A DNA stretch of 64,000 bases from an uncultured Planctomycetota bacterium. GTDB taxonomy: Bacteria > Planctomycetota > Planctomycetia > Isosphaerales > Isosphaeraceae. The stretch covers positions 2,016,001 to 2,080,000 of the forward strand of contig CAWGMQ010000008.1 in assembly GCA_963823665.1 (NCBI GenBank), in the 5' to 3' direction. The position numbers and the translations under genes were made by a program. Positions within the stretch are counted from its first letter, which is position 1. The number at the start of each line of letters is the position of its first letter. The notes beneath the pieces were generated by a model that saw only the letters and a program-made list of their open reading frames with translations, made no database searches and had not been told where the DNA came from. Positions 1 to 9,553 of this stretch are shown piece after piece.

Positions 1-1
1 C

Positions 2-855
<854 letters not shown>

Positions 856-859
<4 letters not shown>

Positions 860-1308
860 GCCGCGACCGCGACGTTCGTAACGCGATCCAGACGGTGCTT
901 CAGGCGACCGACGCTTTCGACGGCGTCTTCGTCTGGGGCATGCCCGAAGACTACGGTAGCGGCGCGTCGAAGGAAGCCTTCGCCGCTGTCGTCCCGATGT
1001 CGAGCCGCCAGGAGGACCTGTGGGACGCGGCCCCGGCCGGCGGACTCGTCATCACCAGCCGAGTCGCGATCATCCTTGCCTACCGCCACATCGACCCGCA
1101 ACTGCGCGATGAGGCGGCCGAGCTGCTCCTCGACACGACGGCCAACGCACTGAACGGCCAGAGCCTGGCCGGCCTGACGCTACCGCAGACGGCCCGCGTG
1201 ATCCAGTGGGATTGGCAGCCGCCGACCGTGCCGGAGCGGCGGATCAATTGCGTTTTCAGCTACCAGTACATCGTCGAGGGATGGGACGACTACGACACGA
1301 CCCCCTGA
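856..1308 (+). CDS. Putative tail terminator/completion protein (lambda gpU-like)
   Basis: 150 aa, N-terminal helix 'RDVRNAIQTVLQA', beta-rich C-terminus, directly upstream of the tail tube gene. Confidence 0.6.
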
Positions 1309-1323
1309 CCGGAGACCCGCACC

Positions 1324-1743
1324 ATGAGCGCCACAAAAGCAAATATCAACTGGACCAGCGTCAGCTTTAACAGCGTCACGCTAACCCGTGTCACCAACGC
1401 CAGCTTCGGCCAGGGCGGCCAGTTGATCAAGTTCAAGGGTGATACCGATCAATATCCGACCGTCATCGCCAACGTCGATAACGAGCCCCACGCCTCGATC
1501 ACGACGGCCGACGTCGGGACTGTGCTGGCGAACTTCACGCCCGGCACAACCTCGACGCTCGTCGCGACGCTGAACGACGCTAAAGGCCAGTCAGGCGGCG
1601 CCGTCGTGTTCACGCTCTCGAACGCGATGTTCGAGAACGCCGACGCACAGGCGCAGCACGCTCAGTTCGGCTCCGTGACCGGCACCTGGCAGGCGTTCAG
1701 TACCGACGGCTCGACCGCGCCGCTGGCGATTACGAGGGTTTGA
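1324..1743 (+). CDS. Putative major tail tube protein
   Basis: 139 aa, Thr/Ser/Gly-rich beta pattern, positioned between terminator and chaperone/tape measure. Confidence 0.65.
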   Translation: MSATKANINWTSVSFNSVTLTRVTNASFGQGGQLIKFKGDTDQYPTVIANVDNEPHASITTADVGTVLANFTPGTTSTLVATLNDAKGQSGGAVVFTLSNAMFENADAQAQHAQFGSVTGTWQAFSTDGSTAPLAITRV

Positions 1744-1744
1744 C

Positions 1745-2050
1745 GTGCCGCGTCCCGACGCATTGTTCTTGCCCGAGTCGGTAAAGGCCGGCGCCCGGAT
1801 CTTCGACCGCGTCGGCGCCGTCTGCCGGGTCGCCGAGCCGCTGCTCGAGGTCGATTACGCCGCCGGCGAGCGGGCGTTCATTCGGACGCAACCGCACGGC
1901 CGGCTATTCATCACCCGCGACCCGGCCGACACGATCCTGTTTCCGACCGATCATCCCCGGAGCGGCTCGCCGCGGTATCGGTGGGAGAAGCGGGACGGCG
2001 GGGTTGAGGTTGGCTTTTTACTCGAGGAAAAACCATGTCCGCAGACCTAA
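1745..2050 (+). CDS. Hypothetical protein in the tail module
   Basis: 101 aa ORF coupled to its neighbours, GC-rich codon usage. Confidence 0.6.
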   Translation: MPRPDALFLPESVKAGARIFDRVGAVCRVAEPLLEVDYAAGERAFIRTQPHGRLFITRDPADTILFPTDHPRSGSPRYRWEKRDGGVEVGFLLEEKPCPQT

Positions 2051-2223
2051 TCATCCCGATCCATATACACAAGGACGAAGCCTCAATCCGCGTGCCGATA
2101 TCGATCGGACAGACGGCCGATCTGTCGCGCGACTGCTCGCGTCGCTACGACATCAAGATCCCGTTTAGCGAGTTCGTATCGCGTTGTAAGGGTTCAAATG
2201 ATCGACGAAAAGACGAAGCGTAA
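2035..2223 (+). CDS. Small hypothetical protein whose N-terminus resembles that of the tape measure protein
   Basis: GAGGA SD before ATG 2035; MSADLIIPIHI versus MDAPDLIIPVRM. Confidence 0.4.
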   Translation: MSADLIIPIHIHKDEASIRVPISIGQTADLSRDCSRRYDIKIPFSEFVSRCKGSNDRRKDEA

Positions 2224-2608
2224 GCCCAACTTCGACGAGCGAAACGCGGCGCCGGTCGTCTTCGCCGACGGACAGACCTGGTTCGTCCCGAAGCCGTGGC
2301 TCGAGATTCGGCCGGTCTTTCGGGGCGGCAAGGCGACGGCAGCATATCCGGTCCCAACATGCGGCCCGGAACTCGACGCGCTGATCGAAGCGGTCGCCGA
2401 TGCGGAGGATCGCGTCGCCCAGGTCGCGGCCGTCGCAACGCTGGCCGCTGAGCTGATGAGCTGGCATTACGATCTCGCCGATGCCGAGCTCGACCAGCTC
2501 CTGGCGTTCCGCTTGGCTGACGAAGCGTCGATGAATTGGATTCGAGAAGTCTTCGATATCGCGACGGGGCAATCCGGCCCAAAAGCCTACGGCGCTGGCG
2601 GCGACTGA
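2198..2608 (+). CDS. Tail assembly chaperone (gpG-like); -1 frameshift product (gpGT-like) would extend to 2769
   Basis: 136 aa helical protein before the tape measure; in-frame heptamer C CCA AAA near the 3' end; -1 frame open to 2769. Confidence 0.7.
   Translation: MIDEKTKRKPNFDERNAAPVVFADGQTWFVPKPWLEIRPVFRGGKATAAYPVPTCGPELDALIEAVADAEDRVAQVAAVATLAAELMSWHYDLADAELDQLLAFRLADEASMNWIREVFDIATGQSGPKAYGAGGD
2578..2584 (+). promoter_or_regulatory. Programmed -1 ribosomal frameshift heptamer C-CCA-AAA
   Basis: X XXY YYZ phased correctly with codons GGC CCA AAA; the -1 frame is ORF 2536..2769, whose stop overlaps the tape measure start. Confidence 0.7.
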
Positions 2609-2768
2609 CGCTGCTGGCGCAAGGCCCGATGCCTCCGATGATGTTGCTCGAGGATGCCGAGGATCTTTGCGATTTCCTTCTAATAACCGATCGAACCGTG
2701 CGGCCAAGTCGCTGGGCCATCGAGGCCATCGATGCCGCCAACCTTAGCCAGATCGAGGGATTGTTTTA

Positions 2769-4397
2769 GTGGACGCACCCGATCTGATTATCCCGGTCCG
2801 GATGGATACGTCGAAAGCGATCGCGGGGCTCACGAAGGTCGGCGGCGCGGGCAAGAAAGCCGGCGACGACGTCGCGGCCGGAGCCGCGAAGGGCAAGAAA
2901 GGGCTCGACGGCGACACGGGCGGTGCCGACAAGTTCGGCTCGAACTTGGGCGGTCTCGCCAGAGCGGCAATCGGTCTCCAGGCGATCAAGGCGACCGCTT
3001 CAGGAATGGGAAGCGCATTCAACGACACCGCGAAATACGTCCAGGAGATGGCGAAGGAATTCCAGGGACTGCGGAAGTTCATGCGAGAGGTCGCGACGCT
3101 CAAGGGCAAAGCCAACACAACAGAATTCACGCTCGAAGAGGCGGAGCAGGCCAAGACGTTTCATCTCACGCCGCAGGAATACCGCGATTTCCAGGCGGAG
3201 TTTCGGAACTATGTGGGTTCGCAGGTCGGCACCGACGAGGCGACCGGCGGGATCGCCAAGGGCGCCAAGCTCACCGAGAAACAAGGCGAGGAATATGCCG
3301 GTCGCGTCGCGGGGATGATGAAAGCCTCGGGCATCGCACCGTCCGTGGGCGCCGAACTGGCCGGCTCATTGCTGGCGCAAAAGCAAGGGCCGCAAGAAGT
3401 CGACGAACTTATGAAGGAACTCAATCGTACATTCACGGTCCTCGAAAAAGGCCGCACGCCGCTCAAGCAAGCGCTGCCGCAAATGTCCCAGATCATGGGA
3501 CACGGCGTCGGCGCGGAAGAGGCGGCGAAGTTATTCAGCGTGATCGTCCCGGCCAGTCCAGGCGATCCGGGAGTCGCGGTCGAATCGGCATTGAAGGCGA
3601 TTGAGGAGATAAAAGCCAAAGGGACCGGCGAGGAATTCGGCGTCAAGCGCGGAATGGGCCAATATGAGTCGTTCAAGGCCTTTGCCCAGAACGTGAACGC
3701 GCGAAAGCAAAAACTGGTCAGCCAAGGCAAAACAGGGCAAGAAGCCGAAGACGAGGTCACCGCGCTATTGCAGGAAAGGGGCGTCGACGCACACGTCCGC
3801 GAGAAACGCGGATTGATCGCGGGAGCCGCACGCCAGGGCGTCGAGCTCGGAGCATCTAACCGTTACGAAGAGATCGCCAAGGCCACGCCCGAAGATCTCG
3901 ACGCCCAGCGCAAGAGAATATACGAAGCATCCGAACGAGGGCGACAGGACGCGATCGACGTCGCGGAAGCCATTGCTGATGCAAAGATGGGAGCGAGAAA
4001 TGCGCCCGTCGCGAAATGGCGGAAGATCGCGGAAATCGAACTGAAGGAAGGCGGAGCATTCGAGAAGGTTCAGCCGGCCGCCGAGGCTGCATCGCACCTC
4101 CCTGGCGCTTCCGATGCCCGGACGATCCTGATCAATCAGCAGGCGAACCACCGAGTTCGTGCGATGCTCGGCGAATCGGGCGCCGCTACTGATATGTTCA
4201 CCGCGACCAATCAGGGGCTGACTGATCAGCTCCTTCGGGAACTGCTAAAACGCCTCGAGAGCATCGACGAGGAGACCAAAAAGGCCAATGCGAAAAAAAT
4301 GGCCGGGGCCGAACCCCCCCGTCGCGCGCCCGGCGGCGCTCCGCCGGGCAAGCCGCTCGATGCGCGGCCGCCGGGCGGAGACAACAAACGACAATGA
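2769..4397 (+). CDS. Tail tape measure protein
   Basis: 542 aa, Ala/Gly/Lys/Glu-rich helical protein following the chaperone. Confidence 0.75.
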   Translation: MDAPDLIIPVRMDTSKAIAGLTKVGGAGKKAGDDVAAGAAKGKKGLDGDTGGADKFGSNLGGLARAAIGLQAIKATASGMGSAFNDTAKYVQEMAKEFQGLRKFMREVATLKGKANTTEFTLEEAEQAKTFHLTPQEYRDFQAEFRNYVGSQVGTDEATGGIAKGAKLTEKQGEEYAGRVAGMMKASGIAPSVGAELAGSLLAQKQGPQEVDELMKELNRTFTVLEKGRTPLKQALPQMSQIMGHGVGAEEAAKLFSVIVPASPGDPGVAVESALKAIEEIKAKGTGEEFGVKRGMGQYESFKAFAQNVNARKQKLVSQGKTGQEAEDEVTALLQERGVDAHVREKRGLIAGAARQGVELGASNRYEEIAKATPEDLDAQRKRIYEASERGRQDAIDVAEAIADAKMGARNAPVAKWRKIAEIELKEGGAFEKVQPAAEAASHLPGASDARTILINQQANHRVRAMLGESGAATDMFTATNQGLTDQLLRELLKRLESIDEETKKANAKKMAGAEPPRRAPGGAPPGKPLDARPPGGDNKRQ

Positions 4398-4965
4398 ACA
4401 TTTCCAACGTCGGTGACGTTGTCGGTTTCCTCGAGGCTTGCGTCGACTCGTTCGACTTCAAGCGAGTCGGCATCGAGGGATGGCTCGGCGATGACGTTAA
4501 AATGAAGGTCGTCAAGTGCATCTACGATCGATCGCTCGACACGAAGGGCGGAATTTCGGGGCATTGGGACAAGAACGAACCAAAATACAGGGCGTGGAAA
4601 GAAAAGAAGTACGGCATCGTCGATGACCCGAACGTCCGCACGGGCCAGATGCTTTCGCAGAAATCTCTCGATGGCCGATCGACTCGAAGCAAGTCACGAT
4701 GATCTAAGGCGCCGGCGATAAACCCCTGACGACGAATACGGGCGTACTGCCTCCCGTCCGCACGCGCGGCCCCAAGCAGGGCGAGCCGATCGACGACAAG
4801 ACCGACATCGAAAAGGCGTATTTCGCCCACACTGACCAAAGGCCGCACGGCGTCAAGCAACCCATCTATGAAGTCGACGAGTCAGACGGAACGGCCGTCG
4901 CCGAGCTGTGCCAGGAAAACCTGAACGACCTGATCCGCGAGACGAACGCCAGGCACGACTACTAA
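4394..4965 (+). pseudogene. Phage virion-morphogenesis-like protein, disrupted
   Basis: 'WDKNEPKYRAWKEKKYG...RTGQM' motif; frameshift near 4680, then in-frame TAA at 4705, then coding-like frame continues to TAA 4965. Confidence 0.5.
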
Positions 4966-4973
4966 TTTAACCG

Positions 4974-5384
4974 ATGGCCATCTACACCCCCACCTACGGC
5001 GGCATCCCGATCTTCGGCCTGGCCGTCAAGATCGAAGAAGTCCCGATGCAAGCGTCTCAGCAGCTCGAGGCCTTCTTCGGCGTCCCGGGCCTGCTATCCG
5101 TCTTCGGCGGAACCCGCGGCCGGACTTTCAACGTCTCCGGCGTCCTGTACGATGTCGATATTCCGACGCTCAACTCCGACGAAGACATCTTCACTCCCGG
5201 CGTCTCCGGCTCGATGGCCGACGGCATCGCCCGGCCGCTGTTCGACACGCGGGGCCGGACGTGGGCCAACGTGATCTACCTCGGCCAGTTCCAGCCCGAG
5301 CCGATGGGACCGCGGCCGGCGGCGTGGGGCGGCTCGAGCGGGTGGGCGCTGCCGTACCGGGCGGTGTTTCACGGGTTATCGTAA
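4974..5384 (+). CDS. Putative distal tail / tube-initiator protein
   Basis: 136 aa; 'GTRGRTFNVSGVL' pattern; position after the tape measure. Confidence 0.5.
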   Translation: MAIYTPTYGGIPIFGLAVKIEEVPMQASQQLEAFFGVPGLLSVFGGTRGRTFNVSGVLYDVDIPTLNSDEDIFTPGVSGSMADGIARPLFDTRGRTWANVIYLGQFQPEPMGPRPAAWGGSSGWALPYRAVFHGLS

Positions 5385-5411
5385 CACGATAACAATTGAT
5401 ATCAGGCACGC

Positions 5412-6134
5412 ATGTCGTTCAGTCAATCAACCATCACCAGCGTCAACCCGCCGATCTACAGCGGCTTCCAGGTCTACATATCCTGGACAACGACGTCGCC
5501 GGCAGCCACGTGGTTCCAGATCTACCTGAACGAATCGCTGGCCTGGTGGGGCCAGGCGACCCAGGCGACGCTGATCCTCGGCGATACCGGACCGATCCGC
5601 GTCGATATCGGGACGGTCGCCGCCGGCGAGGAGCAGACCGACTTCTCGGCCGACCTGCCGTCGGCACCGGCTCGGCGCGCCGAGCTGTCCTGGCTCGGCG
5701 GGACGTTCGAGGCCGCCGACATCACCGGGTTCTACGTCTACGGCTCCGACTCGGCCGGCGGGTATGGCGTGAACGGTTTCGGCGCTGGACCGTTCGGCGA
5801 AGTCGACATGTCGACGCCGCTCGCCGACATCACAGCGTACCCGTCGGCCATTCAAACAGACGGCTTCGGCTTCGGCGGGTTCGGCTACGGCGGTTACGGC
5901 CAGGCGGCCGGTACGTACACCTGGACCTCCGACTCGCTGACCCGCGGCAACTGGTCATACGCCGTCGTCCCGTACGACGCGGCCGGCAACGCGGGAACGG
6001 TGACACAAGTCGGCGTGACGATCAACTGCCCGCCGCTCGAACCTGCTCTTTTCAGCGACAACACGCGGCTTCATTACACGTATTCGGCGTCGACGCACGA
6101 GATCACTTTACTTTGGAGCGCTTCGCCGGGATGA
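5412..6134 (+). CDS. Virion structural protein with FN3/Ig-like domains and Gly-aromatic repeats
   Basis: 'YAVVPYDAAGN' FN3-type motif; GFGFGGFGYGGYG segment. Confidence 0.6.
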   Translation: MSFSQSTITSVNPPIYSGFQVYISWTTTSPAATWFQIYLNESLAWWGQATQATLILGDTGPIRVDIGTVAAGEEQTDFSADLPSAPARRAELSWLGGTFEAADITGFYVYGSDSAGGYGVNGFGAGPFGEVDMSTPLADITAYPSAIQTDGFGFGGFGYGGYGQAAGTYTWTSDSLTRGNWSYAVVPYDAAGNAGTVTQVGVTINCPPLEPALFSDNTRLHYTYSASTHEITLLWSASPG

Positions 6135-6303
6135 CGGCCGGTTTGCATCGACCGACTAAGAGATACCAACGATAACCGGCCACGCGGCCCCAATTGTGTT
6201 TCGCGTTGTAATCCTGAGATGCGCCGCACTGCCTGCAAATTCGCCGGCGAATGACGAGAGCCAAATGCCCGAGGGTCGAATCCGGAATCCAATCATGTTT
6301 CAT
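6103..6303 (-). CDS. Small Cys-containing hypothetical protein, antisense within the tail module
   Basis: MKHDW...CRQCGASQ...WGRVAGYRW...RC; fills an otherwise empty, lower-GC gap of about 180 bp. Confidence 0.35.
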   Translation of the reverse strand: MKHDWIPDSTLGHLALVIRRRICRQCGASQDYNAKHNWGRVAGYRWYLLVGRCKPAVIPAKRSKVK

Positions 6304-6315
6304 TAAAAGAGACCA

Positions 6316-6936
6316 ATGAGCACCACGTATACCCCGAACACAAAACTCGGCCAGCCCGCCCTCGGCGACACCGGCTGGTCGACGCCGATCAACAATAACG
6401 CGACGACACTCGACGGTCTCGCGACGGTCGGCGCCCTCTGCGTCACGCTGCACGAAGTGCCGTCGACGTCGCTAAACGTTGCCGTCGCGGCTGGGATGAT
6501 CAAGGTTCAAGACGGCACGACCGTCAGCTTCGCCGGCTCGGGGTCGCAAGCGATCACGGCCAGTTCGACGAAGGTCCTCTATCTCGACGGTACCGCGTCG
6601 TGGGCGCTGACCGTCGCCGCGTCGTATCCAACGACGCCGCACGTCCGTCTAGCGACCGTCGTCGCCGGCAGCTCGACGATCACGAGCGTTACCGACAACC
6701 GCCAATGCTTCAACGTCGCCGGCTCGATCGCCGACGGCGTCAACTGGTCGTTCGGCTCCACGACAGGGACGCAGATCGGGACGGCGACGACCCAGAAGAT
6801 CGGATTCTACGGCGCGACGCCCGTCGTCCAGCAGACCGGCGGATCGGCGACTGCAGGATCGTCATACACGACGAACGAGGAAGGGATGATCAACCGCATG
6901 TATACCGCCCTGCGGGCGCTTGGACTGCTGAGCTAA
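6316..6936 (+). CDS. Putative tail or head fibre protein
   Basis: N-terminal 'TPNTKLGQPALGDTGW...INNNATTLD' fibre-anchor pattern; C-terminal 'KIGFYGATPVVQ...ALRALGLL'. Confidence 0.6.
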   Translation: MSTTYTPNTKLGQPALGDTGWSTPINNNATTLDGLATVGALCVTLHEVPSTSLNVAVAAGMIKVQDGTTVSFAGSGSQAITASSTKVLYLDGTASWALTVAASYPTTPHVRLATVVAGSSTITSVTDNRQCFNVAGSIADGVNWSFGSTTGTQIGTATTQKIGFYGATPVVQQTGGSATAGSSYTTNEEGMINRMYTALRALGLLS

Positions 6937-6939
6937 CCG

Positions 6940-9231
6940 ATGGGCCAGCCCGCCAGTTTCGACCTCTCCCCGACCGCCGCCGGCATCACGACCAACGCGA
7001 TGCCGATCGCCGTCGCGCTCTATCTGCCCGGCTCTGGCGGCGGAGGCGAAGACGATAGCAATAGCCCGTACACGATTCTCCCGAACGTCTACTGCCTGCG
7101 GATCGATTACCGGGAAGGCCCAGAACCTCCCGTCGCTCGGTTCCAGTACATGACGGACGACGCCCTGGCCGCCACGATGAACTGGCCTTCCCAGTTTGAA
7201 AAGCTCTGGCCGATCGACGCCCAGGGCAATTACGTCGTCATCAACGACGACCGAATTGTCGTGATGACCCAACTCCCCCCGTCGACGCCCGACGGCGATT
7301 CGCAGACCGTCGTTCTGTTCGACGGCTTCGCCCAGATTCCCCAGGTTGACCTGTCGGCCCAAAGCCAGGCGATCACGTTCGTCGCCATCGGGACGGCGAT
7401 CCGGCTCTGGGATACGCCGATCGCGGGCCGCGCCCAGCGCGATGCCTCGGAGGCCGATGATACGACCGGCGACTACGATCGCCGCATCGCGTTGCCGTGC
7501 CGGTTCAATCCGTCGGACACGTCGATCGGATCGCAAGGCGGCTACATCGGCAACTGCGTCGCGACGGCCGATTACACCGTCGACGGCGACGACAGCTTTC
7601 CGGTTTTTCTCGATCCCCTGGTGCTCGAGCGGGGCGAGAATAGCACGTCGTTCTGGTACGTCAGCGATGCAATGGCGTACCTGATCGAGGAGGAACCGAG
7701 CCCGGAAGACGACGGCGGAAACCCGTTCGTGATCTACCCGACGCTGAGCTCGCTCAAAGCGCTTCTGTCGTGCTACTCGCCGCCGACCGGCCAGCTCCTG
7801 AACTCCGGCGACGCGCAGGAAACCGACATCGTCATCCGCGACTACGACGCCAGCAACAAGGCCGTCCCCGACGTCATGGCCGAGCTGCTCCGGTACTGCG
7901 GTTTCGTGATGGTATTCTTCACCGATACGAATACCGACGGAACGCCGGAGACGTACCTGAAGGTCATACGCAAGGACGCGCTGGCGACGACCACACCGAA
8001 GGTCCTCTATCTCGCCGCGAACGGGGCGTCATCGCTCGACCTCTCGTCGAACAACGTCACGTCGCTTCACCTGGCCCGCGATACGAATCAGCTCGTCGAC
8101 CAGTGGACGATGGCGACGGCGCCGCAGCAAGTAGAGATCAGCGTTTACCTTGCTCCGGGATTCGAGCCCAGCTCCGGCGATGTTTCCAACCGCAAGCCGT
8201 TCCTGAAATCAAACCTGACCGGAGCGACCAACGATCAACGCCGCATGTATCGCTGGTTCATCGCCGACGAATGCGCCGACGGTCACTGGAACATGCTCGA
8301 CGCCGCGTGGGTGACGGATAAACCACTTGACCTCACGTCGGTATTTCCATTCGACAAGAACGGAGATTATACCTACGTCGACCGTTACCGCCCTGGCTCT
8401 CAGACCTTGATCTCAAAGGACGTCAACGGCAAGCCCCTGAAGTGCGTTCTCGAGATCGCCCAAGACGGCTATTACTCACAAAATCCCAAGCTCGAGGCCG
8501 CAGCCGGCAGCGACGGATTTATCACGATCCCTCATGGCACCTGGCGACTACTGGACGACCGCCTCGGCATCGAGTTCATAGGTGAGGATCCCGGTCAGTG
8601 GGACTTCAAATCCAGCCCCACGACGGGTGGATCGGCGTCGAAGGTTAGTATCGATATCATCGCCGGTACCGCGGCTCCGACCGACTCGAACGTCTTCGTC
8701 CTGCGCCTGACGACCGTCATCGAGGCCGACCAGCGAATCGGCGTCCCGAACACCGACACCGAGAATGCCGTCACCGCGTTGGGCCGCAAGTCAGTCCCGA
8801 CCCAGTACACCCGCGAGCGGTCCGCCGACGGTCGCGACCATTTCCAGTACTGCACGATCGCACCGGGCAGCCTGAATTACACGACGCAGACCGATATCAA
8901 CGGCGCAATGAGCGACGGCACACATCCGCTCGTGATGCGCGACGACACGGCCGCGGCGCTCACCCACGCCGAGCAGCTCCGGTCGGCCCATGAGTTCCCG
9001 ACGCTGGCCGGCTCGGCGACGCTGCCGTTCATCACCGACTATTACCAGATCGGCGACCGAGTGAAGATCATCCAGGGCCGCAACGCCAACTTGCAAATCA
9101 ACGTCGGCGTCGACCAGGGCGAGACGGCGTGCTATCCGTGGGTGACCGCGTTCGCGTGGGATTTCTCGGGCGATAAGCAGCAAACGATTATCCAGTTCAG
9201 CGACCGGCGAGCGGAACCTCAAGGCGTATGA
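6940..9231 (+). CDS. Putative baseplate hub / tail tip protein
   Basis: 763 aa, acidic, beta-rich; C-terminal 'YQIGDRVKIIQGR' typical of hub proteins; position in module. Confidence 0.55.
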   Translation: MGQPASFDLSPTAAGITTNAMPIAVALYLPGSGGGGEDDSNSPYTILPNVYCLRIDYREGPEPPVARFQYMTDDALAATMNWPSQFEKLWPIDAQGNYVVINDDRIVVMTQLPPSTPDGDSQTVVLFDGFAQIPQVDLSAQSQAITFVAIGTAIRLWDTPIAGRAQRDASEADDTTGDYDRRIALPCRFNPSDTSIGSQGGYIGNCVATADYTVDGDDSFPVFLDPLVLERGENSTSFWYVSDAMAYLIEEEPSPEDDGGNPFVIYPTLSSLKALLSCYSPPTGQLLNSGDAQETDIVIRDYDASNKAVPDVMAELLRYCGFVMVFFTDTNTDGTPETYLKVIRKDALATTTPKVLYLAANGASSLDLSSNNVTSLHLARDTNQLVDQWTMATAPQQVEISVYLAPGFEPSSGDVSNRKPFLKSNLTGATNDQRRMYRWFIADECADGHWNMLDAAWVTDKPLDLTSVFPFDKNGDYTYVDRYRPGSQTLISKDVNGKPLKCVLEIAQDGYYSQNPKLEAAAGSDGFITIPHGTWRLLDDRLGIEFIGEDPGQWDFKSSPTTGGSASKVSIDIIAGTAAPTDSNVFVLRLTTVIEADQRIGVPNTDTENAVTALGRKSVPTQYTRERSADGRDHFQYCTIAPGSLNYTTQTDINGAMSDGTHPLVMRDDTAAALTHAEQLRSAHEFPTLAGSATLPFITDYYQIGDRVKIIQGRNANLQINVGVDQGETACYPWVTAFAWDFSGDKQQTIIQFSDRRAEPQGV

Positions 9232-9553
9232 ACGACCTGCGGGTGATGCGCGAACGACAGTCCGCAGCCGCCGAAGCCCTCGACCGCGCCTCGGCGCCGA
9301 GCCGTCGGGCTCCGCGGCGCTATGCGTGATCACGACGACCGTCACGACCTACCCGACGTCTGCCGGCGTCTTCTACGCATGCAACCCCGAGCTGATCTAC
9401 GGCAACGAAACCGAGGGCGCGACGCCAACGTTCACGGCCGACGGCTCGACGATCGTCTATGCGCTCAATCTGGGAACGTCGATTCCGCCGAACGGGACGA
9501 TCCTCGTGATTCACTCGGTCGGCGGACGGTGGGTTTTTCGATTCGATGGTTGA
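9228..9553 (+). CDS. Short spike-like protein, paralog of 11500..12267 (apparent frameshift near 9300)
   Basis: ATG 9228 overlaps the hub stop; coiled-coil start, then frame 9326..9553 with 'YGNETEG...SVGGRWV'. Confidence 0.55.
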
